Part shown: positions 36,116 to 48,764 of the stretch, one piece after another
How positions within the stretch are numbered: position 1 is the stretch's first letter
How the letters are laid out: each line of letters starts with the position of its first letter
NCBI RefSeq assembly: GCF_006345805.1
Contig: NC_043006.1
Coordinates: 34,658,001 to 34,722,000, forward strand
Reading direction: 5' to 3'
Length of the DNA stretch: 64,000 nt
Origin: Octopus sinensis
Taxonomy: Eukaryota
The notes under the pieces: generated by a model
The model's input: only the letters and a program-made list of their open reading frames with translations
What the model was told of the DNA's origin: nothing
The model's database searches: none
Program-made: the position numbers and the translations under genes

Positions 36116-36544
36116 CCAGGACATTACTATCTCGAGCTCCATGACTCATAGGGTCAGTTACCTAGTTTCCGCGGCATATAAGTGAGCAAAAATCCCAACA
36201 TTTCCCCTAAACAGCCAATAGGGCGCAGGATTACTCATTTACAGCTGAACGGACTGAAGCCATGTGCAATGAAGTGTTTTGCTCAAAAACATAATGCACC
36301 ATCCGATCCGAGAATTGAAACCACGCTCTTGCAATCGTGAGTGCAAGCACTCGAACCACTGGGCCACTTAATCGCAAAGAAACTCCCTCAGGTCGTGGAC
36401 GTTGTTCTTCTCTGACTAACAGAACGGCAAAAGCAAGTGACTGGTTTCTCAAGATGAGCCCCTAAACTGGGGAAAAAAACCCTGCGCATTTTCATCGGGA
36501 CTGAAATTGCTGTCCAGGAATTTGAAGGTCACGTGTCCTTCACA

Positions 36545-36559
36545 CAGACACATACACGC

Positions 36560-36604
<45 letters not shown>

Positions 36605-36910
36605 CACGCACACACACAAACACACAAACATGCGCACACGCACTCACACATACACACATGCACATAAACACTTACACACACACAAACACGCACACACACA
36701 TACACTCACACAAACACACACATACACTCACAAACACACACACAAACAGACACACATACACACATAAACAGACAAACATACACACACACACAAACACAAG
36801 CACACACACAAACACAAGCACACACAAACATACATACACACACAAACACGCACACACACAAACACACACACACACACACATAAACACACGCACAAACACG
36901 CACACACACA
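36545..36910. repeat. (CA)n-derived microsatellite
   Basis: Direct reading. Confidence 0.95.
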
Positions 36911-37020
36911 GAGAATTAATCAGGTAACAGGTGCATGCAATTAAGAATAAATGTATAAAAAAACTAAATATGCACATGTTTAGACATGCAACTATATGCA
37001 TGAGTGTATATATATATATA

Positions 37021-37110
37021 CATTGGCGGATTGGGTCTAAAAATATTGGTTGCCAGGAGACTAAGGGGTCCCACCCGCAACTACAATGCTATTATTTATT
37101 TTTTTCTTTA

Positions 37111-37179
<69 letters not shown>

Positions 37180-37386
37180 CTTTTGTTAAAAGTATTCTTT
37201 TCAACTGTCGACAAACGCAGCCAGGCTGAAATAATGCATTCTTTCTTCCAGGAGTGAATTTTTACATTCTCAAACTTGAGGGGATGGGCCCCTTAGATAC
37301 TAACATGGGCCCCCATATATGGATTCCAATGGCGCAGGGGCCCTCTTGCCATCGGGCAAGCTAGCAACCTGGCCCATCCGCTACTG
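37021..37386. mobile_element. hAT-like MITE containing (ATT)n
   Basis: TIR CATTGGCGGAT / ATCCGCTACTG; TATATATA on both sides. Confidence 0.65.
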
Positions 37387-37406
37387 TATATATACATATA
37401 TATATA

Positions 37407-37551
37407 TTCCGCCGAGGTCGACTTTACCTATCATCCTTTCGGGGTCGATAAATAAAGTACCAGTTTCGCACTGGGGTCGATGTAATCGACTTACTCCCTT
37501 TGTCTGTCCTTGTTTGTCCCCTCTATGTTTAGCCCTTTGTGGGCAGTAAAG

Positions 37552-37556
<5 letters not shown>
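37407..37556 (+). mobile_element. SINE family B variant with Tx1-like 3' tail
   Basis: Family B core followed by TGTTTGTCCCCTCTATGTTTAGCCCTTTGTGGGCAGTAAAGAAATA. Confidence 0.75.
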
Positions 37557-37603
<47 letters not shown>

Positions 37604-37604
37604 A

Positions 37605-37688
<84 letters not shown>

Positions 37689-38129
37689 ACACACACACGC
37701 ATTAAGCAAAACATACAAATCGGCACGTGCACTGACTCTCACCATCCTGTTGATATTGTTGAAATTCCAATAGAGGGGCCTTCGGTGTAGATTAGAAACC
37801 AGTTCTAGAAGTGCAGAAGTAAAACTAAATACCCCCCCCCCACACACACGGACTTTGAACAAAGTTTAAAGTAATGCTCTGACAACAATGAGTCACACAT
37901 TTTGCAACGAGGCTGAGTGAATGTGTCGTACATTGGATCTGTTCTGTTCGATAGCGGCGTTATTGTTTCTGTTGTTGTTGTATAGTCCCAGATCATCTCT
38001 TATCGAGGAGACACATTGTCAAAGTACATTATCTAATATGTTATAATAGTTCTTTATTTAACACGGTAGTGTATGATTTGAGGGAGATTTGGCTGCTACT
38101 AAAACACTGAATCTTTATTCTCCCGCTAT

Positions 38130-38530
38130 GTCGTTTGCACAATGTGTGGAATAGACCATCAGCATTGCCCAAACGACCTTAACACCAGATTCAGAATTTA
38201 TCCAAGGCTGGGTCCACATGCCATAGCTCACCCCCGCCGCCAACACAATTCAGGATCACAATTCACTTCAGCACAAGTCCTTTTCCTCAACTGGGCGTCC
38301 TCTATTTAATATCATCCCAAAACAAATACAAAAGAAAAAGATCCCATCACCTTCAAACGGAACCAGGACAAATTTCTTCAAGGGTTACAAGATAAGCCAC
38401 CTATACCTAGATACATCTCAAGTCAACAAGAAATCCCTACTTGAATGGGCCATGATACCACAAAACTTGTCTTTAGAATGTCTTAACAGATCCTATCAAG
38501 TGGTGATATTAAGTTAGACATGGCCTGGCC
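38130..38530 (+). mobile_element. Decayed CR1/L2-type LINE 3' end
   Basis: Translates to ..ITFKRNQDKFLQGLQDKPPIPRY.., like a CR1-type ORF2 C-terminus. Confidence 0.5.
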
Positions 38531-38732
38531 CAATGTTTGGCTAAAACATATCTAAGTTATCCGAGTTACATTCCTTGTGGCTGGAGCGAACACTTTGTTT
38601 GGTTCATTTGTGTTTATGGGTCACTGGGTTAATCCCTATTTTATCATCTTTAAAAAAAAGAAACAGCAAAAACATATTTACTGGAATATCAGACGGACTC
38701 ACCCCACCTACCCATAATCGCCCTGGTTTACT

Positions 38733-38915
38733 CTTTTACTTGTTTCAGTCATTTGACTGTGGCCATGCTGGAGAACCGCCTATAGTCGAGCACATCGACC
38801 CCAGGACTGATTCTTTGTAATCCTAGTACTTATTCCATCGGTCTCTTTTGCCGAACCGCTAAGTTACGGGGGACGTAAACCCACCAGCATCGGTTGTCAA
38901 GCGATGTTGGGGGGA

Positions 38916-38946
<31 letters not shown>

Positions 38947-39120
38947 CACATACAGATACGACGGGCTTCTTTCAGTTTCCGTCTACCAAATCCACTCACA
39001 AGGCTTTGGTTGGCCCGAGGCTATAGTAGAAGACACTTGCCAAAGGTGCCACGCAGTGGGACTGAACCCGGAACCATGTAGTTCGTAAGCAAGCTACTTA
39101 CTACACAGCCACTCCTACGC
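38733..39120 (-). mobile_element. SINE family A, full length
   Basis: Close to consensus of the window copies. Confidence 0.9.
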
Positions 39121-39569
39121 CTATACGTTTCTATATTTGCTTAAAACATTTTTACTTTACCTGAATATCCGTTGCTGAAATCAGGGTCAATCGAATATAT
39201 CTGTGGGTCTTTTATGTCATCAGATACGGTAAATAAAGAACGAGTAAGTCAAGACAATACATAGTGACTTCCTCATCGATTCTTCGGTGTTTCTAGACTA
39301 CTAAATCAATTGGTATTTCAACGTCTTAAAAACAAGAAAAAAAAATTACCAGAGCGGAAGTATAGACCACGGTACTCTATTTGACAGCGTGTAAGATGTA
39401 TTTAGAAAAATCCCCACAAAATCAGTCATGTATCGAATAAACACAAAGTCAGGGTTTGGATTACAAGCGAGTAGTGTTTCAAAAAAGGGTCCATCAAAAT
39501 TCAGAAGCAGTTTAAAAGTTCGTGCGCCTCATGAAGCCAACAAATAAAATGTATGCATGCATGCATGTA

Positions 39570-39628
<59 letters not shown>

Positions 39629-39648
39629 GCTTTCTTTCTTTCTTTCCT

Positions 39649-39712
<64 letters not shown>
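39570..39712. repeat. (TTTC)n microsatellite
   Basis: Direct reading. Confidence 0.95.
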
Positions 39713-39729
39713 TGTACACAAAATATATC

Positions 39730-40172
39730 TTTCATTTGTTACTTGAAGTGTTTAGTCGAACCAATCAACCACTACATTTTGTAACGCTTGGTACTAATTC
39801 TGTCGACACTTATTGCCAAACTGCTAAGTTACGGAGACATAAACAGACTAACAGCGGTGGTGGGGGACAAACACACACACACAATCATCCCAGAGCCGGA
39901 CCCAAGGGGAAGCCTGGGGGTTGTGCCCTTTCCTGAAGAAAAGAAGTGCGCCCTTCTAAATAATATTATTACGCCCTTTTCTCCGTGAATTGTGTTCCCG
40001 TCTGACTTTGTGCCCTGCCTTCGAAAAATTCCTAGGACAAGCTCGGCCTACCAAATCCACTTATAAAGCTTTGGTCGGTTCGAGACTATACTAAAAGACA
40101 CTTGCCCAAGGTGCTACGCAGTGGGACTGAACCCGGAACCATGTGATTGGGATGCAAACTTCTTACCACTCA
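39730..40172 (-). mobile_element. SINE family A interrupted by a hAT-like MITE (~39890-40049)
   Basis: CAGAGCCGGACCCAAGGGG..CCTAGGACAAGCTCGGCCT inside the SINE. Confidence 0.7.
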
Positions 40173-40848
40173 CACACACACACACACACACACACACATG
40201 ATTGTGCGCGTGGGTGTGTGTTTAAAACGTTAATGCTTATCATGGATATTTGCAGCGGTCTGCTTATTAACCTTCGCCTGGTATTCGCATCGATCACATC
40301 CTCACATCGTTGTTACCTAGTTTGCCGCTCAGCCATTAGCCGTTCGATATCCTCTTCTGTAGGGTTTGCTGCTGGATATATATGGATATATATATGTACT
40401 TACTGATGCACAGTAATATCTCTCATGCTTGATCAATGACTAGGAAATAAAATGAAAAAAATTGTTGCTGTTTAGTTCGAGCTATGTTAATGAATTGATC
40501 GTCGAAAACAAAAGTATTCATTATTGACTTCTTTTACACTAAAATATATTTTATTTAAAAAAAATTGTAAAAAAAATAATTGCCGAAATTATACAACATA
40601 ATTTGTTCCTTACAGAAAGTTTTTAGGGCAATAAAATAGGCATTAACTAACGCTTGGTTTTTTTTTTCGCATCGTTATAACCTTAACAGTGAAATAATTC
40701 GTGTATAAACCGCCCTATTTTATCCTTAGTTTTAACTGAAAACATGGGGTGCAACTTACATATGGGACCAAGCTAAAACAATGAAGGAAAAAATTGTACC
40801 AAGGTGCAGGAGCAGTTATTTCCCCTGGCGGCGACTGCCTAAGTTAGC

Positions 40849-40865
40849 TGGCCACTAGAGGGCAC
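40849..40865 (+). promoter_or_regulatory. CTCF consensus match TGGCCACTAGAGGGCAC
   Basis: Matches CCASYAGRKGGCRS; lies in a pogo-like remnant; function untested. Confidence 0.4.
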
Positions 40866-41948
40866 ACGCAGCGCTAAGTTTCGGACACTAAGCGCTCGCA
40901 CTTCTTTCTCGTCAAGACGCCGGACCGTAAAGACATGACCCAGCTGGTTCTCGTATACACGCAGATAACTAGCAGTCATGAGGTAGTACACAGAAGATGA
41001 ACATGGCTCTTCACTCATGAACTCTTTCCATTATCATTTAACGTGTATATTATTTGAGACCGTGAGTAAAGGTATTTAAAGTTACAGCATTGTTCCATGA
41101 ATTCATTGACCGTGTTTCTTTATGGAATGACATAATACAGCCTTCTGAACAGAGCCACCATTAGATGGCTTCACAGTGAGAACTTCTCCATCTAAAAAGG
41201 TTTAACTCTAAACTAGGGGTACAACTTATACAAGAGTTCGAATTATGAGTAAAATCGATGTCCAGAAACCTCACAGATATTTCAACAGATCCCAACGATA
41301 GTATAACCTATTCTACATAAGATAATGTGATGAACATTCACGTCCATTTCGATGTCTGAGTGTTGAGTTGTTGGATGAAGGGGACAGCCTCCTCGTTGAG
41401 TCAGAGTGCCAAGTGGCCGAGTATTTCACAGACACTTGTGCCCTTAACGTAATTCTCAACACAAATGAGACGAACCTCTGAATGATAGTTCAATCAATGC
41501 AATGTGCTTCGATCCAAATTCATTCATAGGTTTCGGTCGTTCCGAGTCTATGGTTAATACACTTGCCCAAGATGCCAAGCAATGTCATCTTGGATCGAAC
41601 TCGTGACTATATGGCTCGCGAAGAGAAAAATCTTAATCACCCAGCAATGCCGGCGTCCACTGTCTACGATTGTTCTTTTATCGCCGGACAAGTAGCCTGT
41701 ACTTTAATGACATATCAGTTTTGGAGAATTCTTGATTCTTTAGATTATCGCCCCTTCTAAATGTGGAACTCATCGTAATTGCCATTTTGTAATTATGATT
41801 CAATCTCTAGAAGCGGAAATAATTTTAATGCATCAAAAATTTGTTATACACTATTTGATACAGTTCTATATTTATGAGATGAGGAATTATGCACATTATT
41901 TACATTATTTACATTTGACGGATATTTGTCCTCATCTTGTTTGTTGTT

Positions 41949-41994
41949 AACACAACGTTTCGGCTGATATACCCTCCAGCCTTCATCAGGTGCC
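41949..41994 (-). ncRNA. Minimal type I hammerhead ribozyme motif
   Basis: GGCAC-CUGAUGA-A-GGCUG..CAGCC-GAAACGUU-GUGUU. Confidence 0.75.
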
Positions 41995-42225
41995 TTGGAG
42001 AAATTTCGAACCTGGGTTCTCATTCCTAAGGTATTTTCCTTGTGGGATGAAGTTAAAATAATAGACAGAGAACACCATTGGAAAATACGAAAACTAAAAG
42101 AAGCAGCACATATGCTAGGACACAACAACCTCCTAAGCAGACCGAGTTCAGATATGAATAGCAAATGGGAACCGGTATTAAGGAAGGATAGGAAAATATT
42201 AGACTTATAAGCCCAAAAAATCCAC

Positions 42226-42295
42226 GGGCATATGGCGTAGTGATTAAGAGCGCGGCTACTAACCCCAAGATTCCGAGTTCGATTCCAGGCAGTGA

Positions 42296-42299
<4 letters not shown>
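42226..42299 (+). promoter_or_regulatory. tRNA-derived Pol III head (A box 42233-43, B box 42275-86) within the pLTR; not a functional tRNA
   Basis: TGGCGTAGTGA..GGCTACTAACC..GAGTTCGATTCC; acceptor stem does not pair. Confidence 0.7.
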
Positions 42300-42330
<31 letters not shown>

Positions 42331-42459
42331 TAATAATAATAATAATATAATAATAATAATAATAATAGTAATAATAATGATAATGATGATGATAAGAAGA
42401 AGAACAACAACATCGAAAAATACCTTAGGAATGAGAACCCAGGTTTGAAATTTCCCCAA

Positions 42460-42505
42460 GACACCTGATGAAGGCTGGAGGGTATATCAGCCGAAACGTT
42501 GTGTT
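42460..42505 (+). ncRNA. Minimal type I hammerhead ribozyme, intact core
   Basis: Stem I GACAC/GUGUU; CUGAUGA 42465-71; stem II GGCUG/CAGCC; GAAA 42493-96; palindromic ACGU helix III; GUU cleavage triplet. Confidence 0.8.
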
Positions 42506-43339
42506 AACAACAAACAAGATGAGGACAAATATCCGTCAAATGTAAATAATGTATACTATTTGATAAACCTGTATTTGTCTATATCATACGGTTGAAGTCG
42601 AATGCAGTAGCACATGGTAATATATGAACATCTTGATTTTGTAGATAATAAAGATGGTAGATTCGGCGTTTTTTGTTTCCTAAATAATTGTAATTGTATA
42701 TTGTAAATATTTAAAACTTAACAATTATACATAATTCCCGGTTCAAGGCCACAGAAATAAATCGCCCAGTTTGTGCTGTTCACATGTTTTGACTGAAGCT
42801 TTCAAACTATATTTGTATATTTTCAAGATAAATTGGTGATATTTTAATAAATACTGTTGTTGTTGTTATTGTTGTTGTTGTTGTTTTACACCCAGTGTAG
42901 TACCGCTAAGTAAACCCACTATAAAAAGCTTTTCGATCGTGACCAGCCAGTGTGCTTTGTATAGTTATGACAACATTATTCGATATCTACACATCGAGAA
43001 CATTATTACTCATTCAGTTTTTAAAAAAAAGATTCTTTTTAATGTTTTTAAGAAGCAGCCAATAACCTAAACTGTAAGTTCAAACAAGAAACACATTACA
43101 CATTATTTTTTCGAAAATATTTCGTCAAAGACATATGACGACGAAAATTTCTCTACCAAAAATGTTCATAGCGAAAAAAAAAAAGTTTTGGCAAAAATAA
43201 AAACGGTAAATGTTTCCATGGCAGAAATGTCTTTGGCGAAAAATTCCTGGCACGGGCGTGTTTCGTTGAAAAGAAGAGAGAGAGAGAGAGAGATCCCTTA
43301 ACTTACAGCAAGAATACAAAATCAATTTTAATGTCTAAT

Positions 43340-43635
43340 ATAGTGTTTTAAATTTTGGTACAAAGCCAGCAATTTTGAAGGGAGGGGACTAGTCGGTTGC
43401 ATCGACCCCAGTACGTGACTGGTATTTATTTTATCGATACTAAAAGAATGATAGGCGGAATTTGAACCCAGAGCGTAAATAGTCTGAAGAAATGCTGTTA
43501 AGTAGCAAATCTGATACGCTTACAATTCTGCCAGCTCACCTTCATAATAAGGGTTTCAAATTTAGTGCAAGGCCAGTAATTTTGAAGGGAGGAGCATAGT
43601 CGATTACATCGTCCCTAGAACTTGACTGGTACCAG
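43340..43635 (-). mobile_element. Two SINE family B fragments
   Basis: GTCGGTTGCATCGACCCCAGTAC..TTTTATCGA..GAATTTGAACCC..TCTGCCAGCTC. Confidence 0.7.
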
Positions 43636-43638
43636 GGT

Positions 43639-44129
43639 GTATTCGTTAGACGTGACACACGACGAAAACCCCTCCGGTCACCCTATGATGGCCCATATGA
43701 AGTCATGTGTCCGAGAGATAAATCATACCAATTCCTAATTGGCAGAAAACAAGACAGTTTCCATCGATAGGTTGAAACCAGCCTATCTCGATGCTGACAG
43801 CTCCGTCCTAGTAGCCCAACCACCAAACAGGGGCCGCCTCAGGCAAATCACACCAACCCTTGGCAAGGAACAGTCACTATAGAGCCGAGTTACTACACGC
43901 ACTGGCAGTCAAAACGCCTTCCCGATTCCAATCACAGTCAACAGTTCTGGGGGTGGGGGTGCCATGTGTAGGGCACTGTTAACGGGTTTATGACAGACGA
44001 ACTGTAGACAGGAACTTCGCTGCAGGTTAGCTAGGAAGCTTGTCTGCGGCGAAGTTGACTTCCGGTTAGGTTAAGCGGGTTTCTACGAAGCAGAAATTGA
44101 CTGACGGCTGTCTCCCCCATCTGTTCAAC
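43639..44129 (+). mobile_element. Gypsy fragment: integrase C-terminus, PPT (43949-59), start of 3' LTR (TG at 43965)
   Basis: VFVRRD..RKP..PYDGPYEV and TVSIDRLKPAYLD with frameshifts. Confidence 0.8.
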
Positions 44130-44131
44130 TA

Positions 44132-45027
44132 CTGTAAATCCTCGAGTATAGTCCGCCCATGAGTATAATACGCAGGGGATTTTTAGGGGGCTGTACCTCT
44201 GAAAAACCTAAACCTTGTGTATAATACGCACCCCCTCTCTAACTTGAGTGAAAGAGGTCTATATAACATCCTTGGTTTGTAAAACTGTATACGGTAATGT
44301 CCTTTATTATTATCTCTCTCTATATAAACGGCAGTTTGTCTGTGCGTTTTCTGTGTGTCTGTTTTCTCGTACCTTCACTCTGACCACGGCTTTCAACCGA
44401 TTCTGATGAAACTTGACACACACATAGCCCAATGTCATAATTCAAAACTAACGCAGCGAAAATTTTGAAAAATTCCCCCAGTTCTGAAAAAAATCGATAA
44501 ATTCGACATGGAGTCGAGAATCAGAAACCCAAACCACAGACCGTCTAGGGGACGCAACTCCACCTTTTTTAACTCTCGAAAAAATTTACCATCATTTTTT
44601 TTCCATTTTTTTTGATATTTTTTGGCTATAACTCTCTAAAAATGCTTTATAGTTATTTCCCTTACAAACCTGAGCAACGCCGGGCGATACTGCTAGTTGT
44701 ATATATAACTTAATGCAAATGTGTAGCTTTTTTGTGCATTTTGTTTGCAGAAAATAAAGAAATAACAGTAATAACGTTTAATAAATGTTGCTTAGTGCAA
44801 GTTATGGATGATTCTTTTATGACATCATTGCTTTCAGGCTTAGCTTAAGGTATTTCCGCACCCGACATCACAAAATGCGTCTGAATAAAAATTGCCGGAC
44901 AGCAAATAGAGACTCGGACATTGCTTAGAAAATATTTTTCATTTTTAACCGCGTATATAGTACGCAGTAGGGATTTTGACCATTAAATTTTGGGAAAAAA
45001 GTGCGGATTATACTCGAGGATTTACGG
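44132..45027. mobile_element. pogo/Tigger-like MITE
   Basis: TIR CTGTAAATCCTCGAGTATAGTCCGC / GCGGATTATACTCGAGGATTTACGG; TA TSD. Confidence 0.85.
44313..44696 (+). mobile_element. Non-autonomous Helitron nested in the MITE
   Basis: A|TC start; GC-rich GCAACGCCGGGCG then CTAG|T end; no TSD. Confidence 0.75.
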
Positions 45028-45420
45028 TAAATAAATCTTTCATTAACACATTCTGGGTCTCCGTTAAAGCTATACATTTATTATTTATATTTTTTCCTTT
45101 CCAAAATTTTCGTTCCTTTCGCAACCTTATCAACAGATGTTGACAATAGATATTTGTATTTATTTATAATATAATTCTTGTGTGTGTGTGAGTGTATTTA
45201 GCTTGTCTATCTCCGTCTATTTTTCTCACCCCACTATCTCTTTATGTTTCCTACACACACACGCACACACTAGCCATTATGCATACAATTCAAATCAAAC
45301 ATTTGTTTAACTGTATGCAACTCTCGACCATAGAGTTAAAATGATTTTCTTTTCAAGTCATTGAATTCACCCCACAACAGACGCACACACACAGACATTA
45401 CCACACAATTACGCATAGAC

Positions 45421-45462
<42 letters not shown>

Positions 45463-46182
45463 GCAGTAAATTACCAGAATTGGTTCACAAGTGACAACCA
45501 CATGCGCATAAAGACACAGCATATAACATCATAGAAATGTAAGCCGTTCATTTTATTGTACGTCGTTTTAAATTTACTTAACGTGTCAGATTTCATTGTC
45601 AATTGCAAGTTGAGCCAACTGCTTCAAGTTTGCACGAAGGTCATTGCTGTCTCTCTCTCTACTCCTCCCTTCCTCTCTCTCTTTCTACTCCGCCCTCCCT
45701 CTCTGTCTCTCTACTCCTCCCTTCCTCTCTCTCTTTCTACTCCGCCTTCCCTCTCTGTCTGTCTACTCTTCCATCTCTCTTTCTCCACTCACACATACAC
45801 GGGCACACGGGTGCACATACACACTCGGGGTAGGTCGTAGGCAATCATGAAGGAAATTGTCGACAAATATATAAATATTTCGACATTGAAATATATTTAT
45901 ATATTTTTTTATACACAATCACGTGCGCGCACACGCACATTTGTGTGTGTGTGTGTTTGGATGGTGGTGGTGGTGGTGGTGGAGGTGAGGCGAAACATCG
46001 AAATCACTGTCAATAATATTCTTGTTTAAGAATAAATTTGTCCTCTACAAAACTATAGAGTAACCACTGGCGTAGCTAGAGTGTGTGCCACCCGGGGCGA
46101 CCTTCCCGTTTTCTCCCCCCGGACCCACAAAAACACATATTGTCTACAGCAATAGCCTACAACAGCATGAAAAGTGCCGCCT

Positions 46183-48107
46183 GGGACGCGAAATTTTTTT
46201 CCCACGAGATTTCCTAACCCCAGTTATGAACTCATTTGCATACAGCCAATCAGAAATCAACTATAAAACTAATTTATGAGCGCATAACAAGTGATGGGCG
46301 ATATGATAAGGTCGCTTGGGTGAGGAATGACCATGATTCTTTTCTCCTCTTAATAATGCATGTTGATCTTGTTCTTGTTCCAACCATGGCTGCCCCGGCT
46401 TAGTTATTTGTATTGTTGTTTATTTTGTGAAACAGTAAGAAGAAAGGGTTGCTAGTGCATCACCCTCTACCCACATTTTCCCCATCCACTTCTTTATCAT
46501 ATGGGGCCCTAACAAAATCCGATAATAGGTTATAGATGGTCGTGGTCTCACGTGGTGAAACCATCTTATAACAACTCCATTCAGAAGGCTGGAACAATAC
46601 ATATATGTACCAGAGGGGAAAGAGAGAGACACGACCGAGTAGAATATTTGAGAGATGATTTATTGATATGTTAACGTGTGTCTGTATGTGCGTCATGTAT
46701 ACACAATATTAGACAGGCGGTCATGAGAACAAAGTGTATATGTGTATAGGTATGGATGTATGCGTGTGGGTTAAGTACATATAAGAATAGCAATGAAGAA
46801 AGATAGTGAAAGAGTCTTAGACGAATGTTCATAGATACAAGAATGAGAAATACCAGTTCGTATCAATTGTACACGGTAACTGAAATACTGTATCAAGAAG
46901 TTGCGGCCATGATGCTGAGCTGGTTGCGGTACATATCGTACGAAGTTGTGGCTGTAATGCTGCTGCCTGGGTCACTCGTACAGGAGTTCTCGCAGGTTGT
47001 ATATTCGCTGTTAACCATGGTGAAGTAATTCACAAATAGTGCTATGTTGGAACCTATGCAGTGTTACTTGAGCTGTGTACGTAGAGAGATGATGTTGACG
47101 ACGTGAAGAAGATGATGGTGGCGACGAAGAAAGAAATTGCCGTAATGATGTTGGACGGGTGTTGTTGTCTAGCTCACAGGTTGTATATTTGCTGTTGATC
47201 CATGGTGAAGTAATTCACGAATAGTGCTGTGTTGAAACCTGGGCGTGTTGCTGTTGGACAGGTGTGGTCTGGCGCTGTCGCTGGAATTGGCTGTGTCTTG
47301 TGTGTTCAGTGGCTAGACCGTAAAAGGTCTGGCACCAAAGACCTCGAGACGAGGAGTAGCTGGGTTTTTATAAGGAACAGTAGGTTCAAACTGGGTTGAG
47401 AAAAGGCTGTCTCACGTGATCGTGTTTAGATGTTCCGATTGGTTATACACAGTATATTGGCGCGACAGAGAAAGAGACAAATTGCGCCAATACCAAACAA
47501 TCAGAGTACTGGACACAACGGGGCCCAAATATTGGTCAAAAGCCAGCTGTCATCTGTTACGTTCGAATGCCCATATATTATAAATAAAGGGTAGAGGAAT
47601 TTCCCTCGAGTGTACGCTACAAGGTATAGATGCAAATCTATCTAATTACTTGTCTCTTTCTAAAATCAGGCATAACATGGCGATCGGTCGACTTACAACA
47701 CGGTTTTTCGTCCTGAGTTTACTTGGTAGAGTGATTGTTTTTAACACATTCATGAATGTCATGTTGGGCTTTGCGTCTAGGCATAATCTGAGAGCTGAAC
47801 GGCACCTTTCCGTTCACATTTTCGAAACAATCCTCCAACGGTCTGCCAGCACCAATGCAGTTTCTGCATTATCTTTGATTGCTATAGTAATTCAAACTTA
47901 CGGCCAACCAGCGTATGTGTTCAGTATCGATGATGCAAGCATCTGAATGAGAGCACAATACAAGATTCGCATGGCAATCGGGGGTCGCCATTTTGAATGC
48001 CAGCCTTTGTCAGCTTGACAACAAGGTCAAGGTGAGCTCCGATTGGCTGTATGCAAATGAGTTCATTAATGGGGTTCGGAATTCTAGTTGGAAAAAATTT
48101 CGCGCCC
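46183..48107. mobile_element. ~1.9-kb TIR element nested in a hAT MITE that starts at 46066 and resumes at 48104
   Basis: ~75-bp imperfect TIRs GGG(A)CGCGAAATTTTTTCC...ATGAACTCATTTGCATACAGCCAATC. Confidence 0.65.
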
Positions 48108-48124
48108 GGGGCGGACCACCCCTG

Positions 48125-48128
48125 TCTG

Positions 48129-48212
<84 letters not shown>

Positions 48213-48230
48213 CCTACCTATCTACCTACA

Positions 48231-48313
<83 letters not shown>

Positions 48314-48363
48314 GTCTGTCTGTCTGTCTGTCTGTCTGTCGATCTGTCTGTCTGTCTGACTGC

Positions 48364-48394
<31 letters not shown>

Positions 48395-48420
48395 TCTCTC
48401 TATCTGTCTGTCTGTCTGTC
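48125..48420. repeat. (TCTA/TCTG)n microsatellite
   Basis: Direct reading. Confidence 0.95.
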
Positions 48421-48764
48421 TGTTTCTGTTTGGCTACACACACACACGTCTGTTCGTGTGCATGTGTGTGTATGTATGCATGTATGTATGAGGGCGCATG
48501 GCATAGTGTTTGCGGGTGACGCACTAGCGATCGCGAGATCGTGGTTTCAATTCCCAGACCAAGTGGAGCGTTGTGTTCTTGAGCAAAACACATCATCTCA
48601 CGTTGTTTCTGCGATCTCTTCGACACCTGAGATGTGGAATACTCGTGCACCTGTATAGGCAACGCCTGCATTGATGGAGTGAGTGAGCTAATATTGTATT
48701 TGGTCACTGCAAATAAATCATTTGCGCAAGTTGTTCAACAACAAACTGAAGAACCGGCATTCTC

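Larger units (their letters stand above)
41861..42554 (+). mobile_element. Penelope-like element: inverted pLTR, ORF C-terminus (42040-42210), direct pLTR
   Basis: 11-bp TSD ACTATTTGATA (41850-60, 42555-65); LWDEVKIIDREHHWKIRKLKEAAH..LSR..W resembles the end of the PLE GIY-YIG domain. Confidence 0.85.

Noticed and set aside
35687-36185. Poly-His, poly-Ser and poly-Met ORFs
   Set aside because: (CAT)n microsatellite translations.
42226-42299. tRNA gene
   Set aside because: Acceptor stem does not pair and it is embedded in a repeat; called a tRNA-derived head instead. The same applies to all SINE heads in the window.
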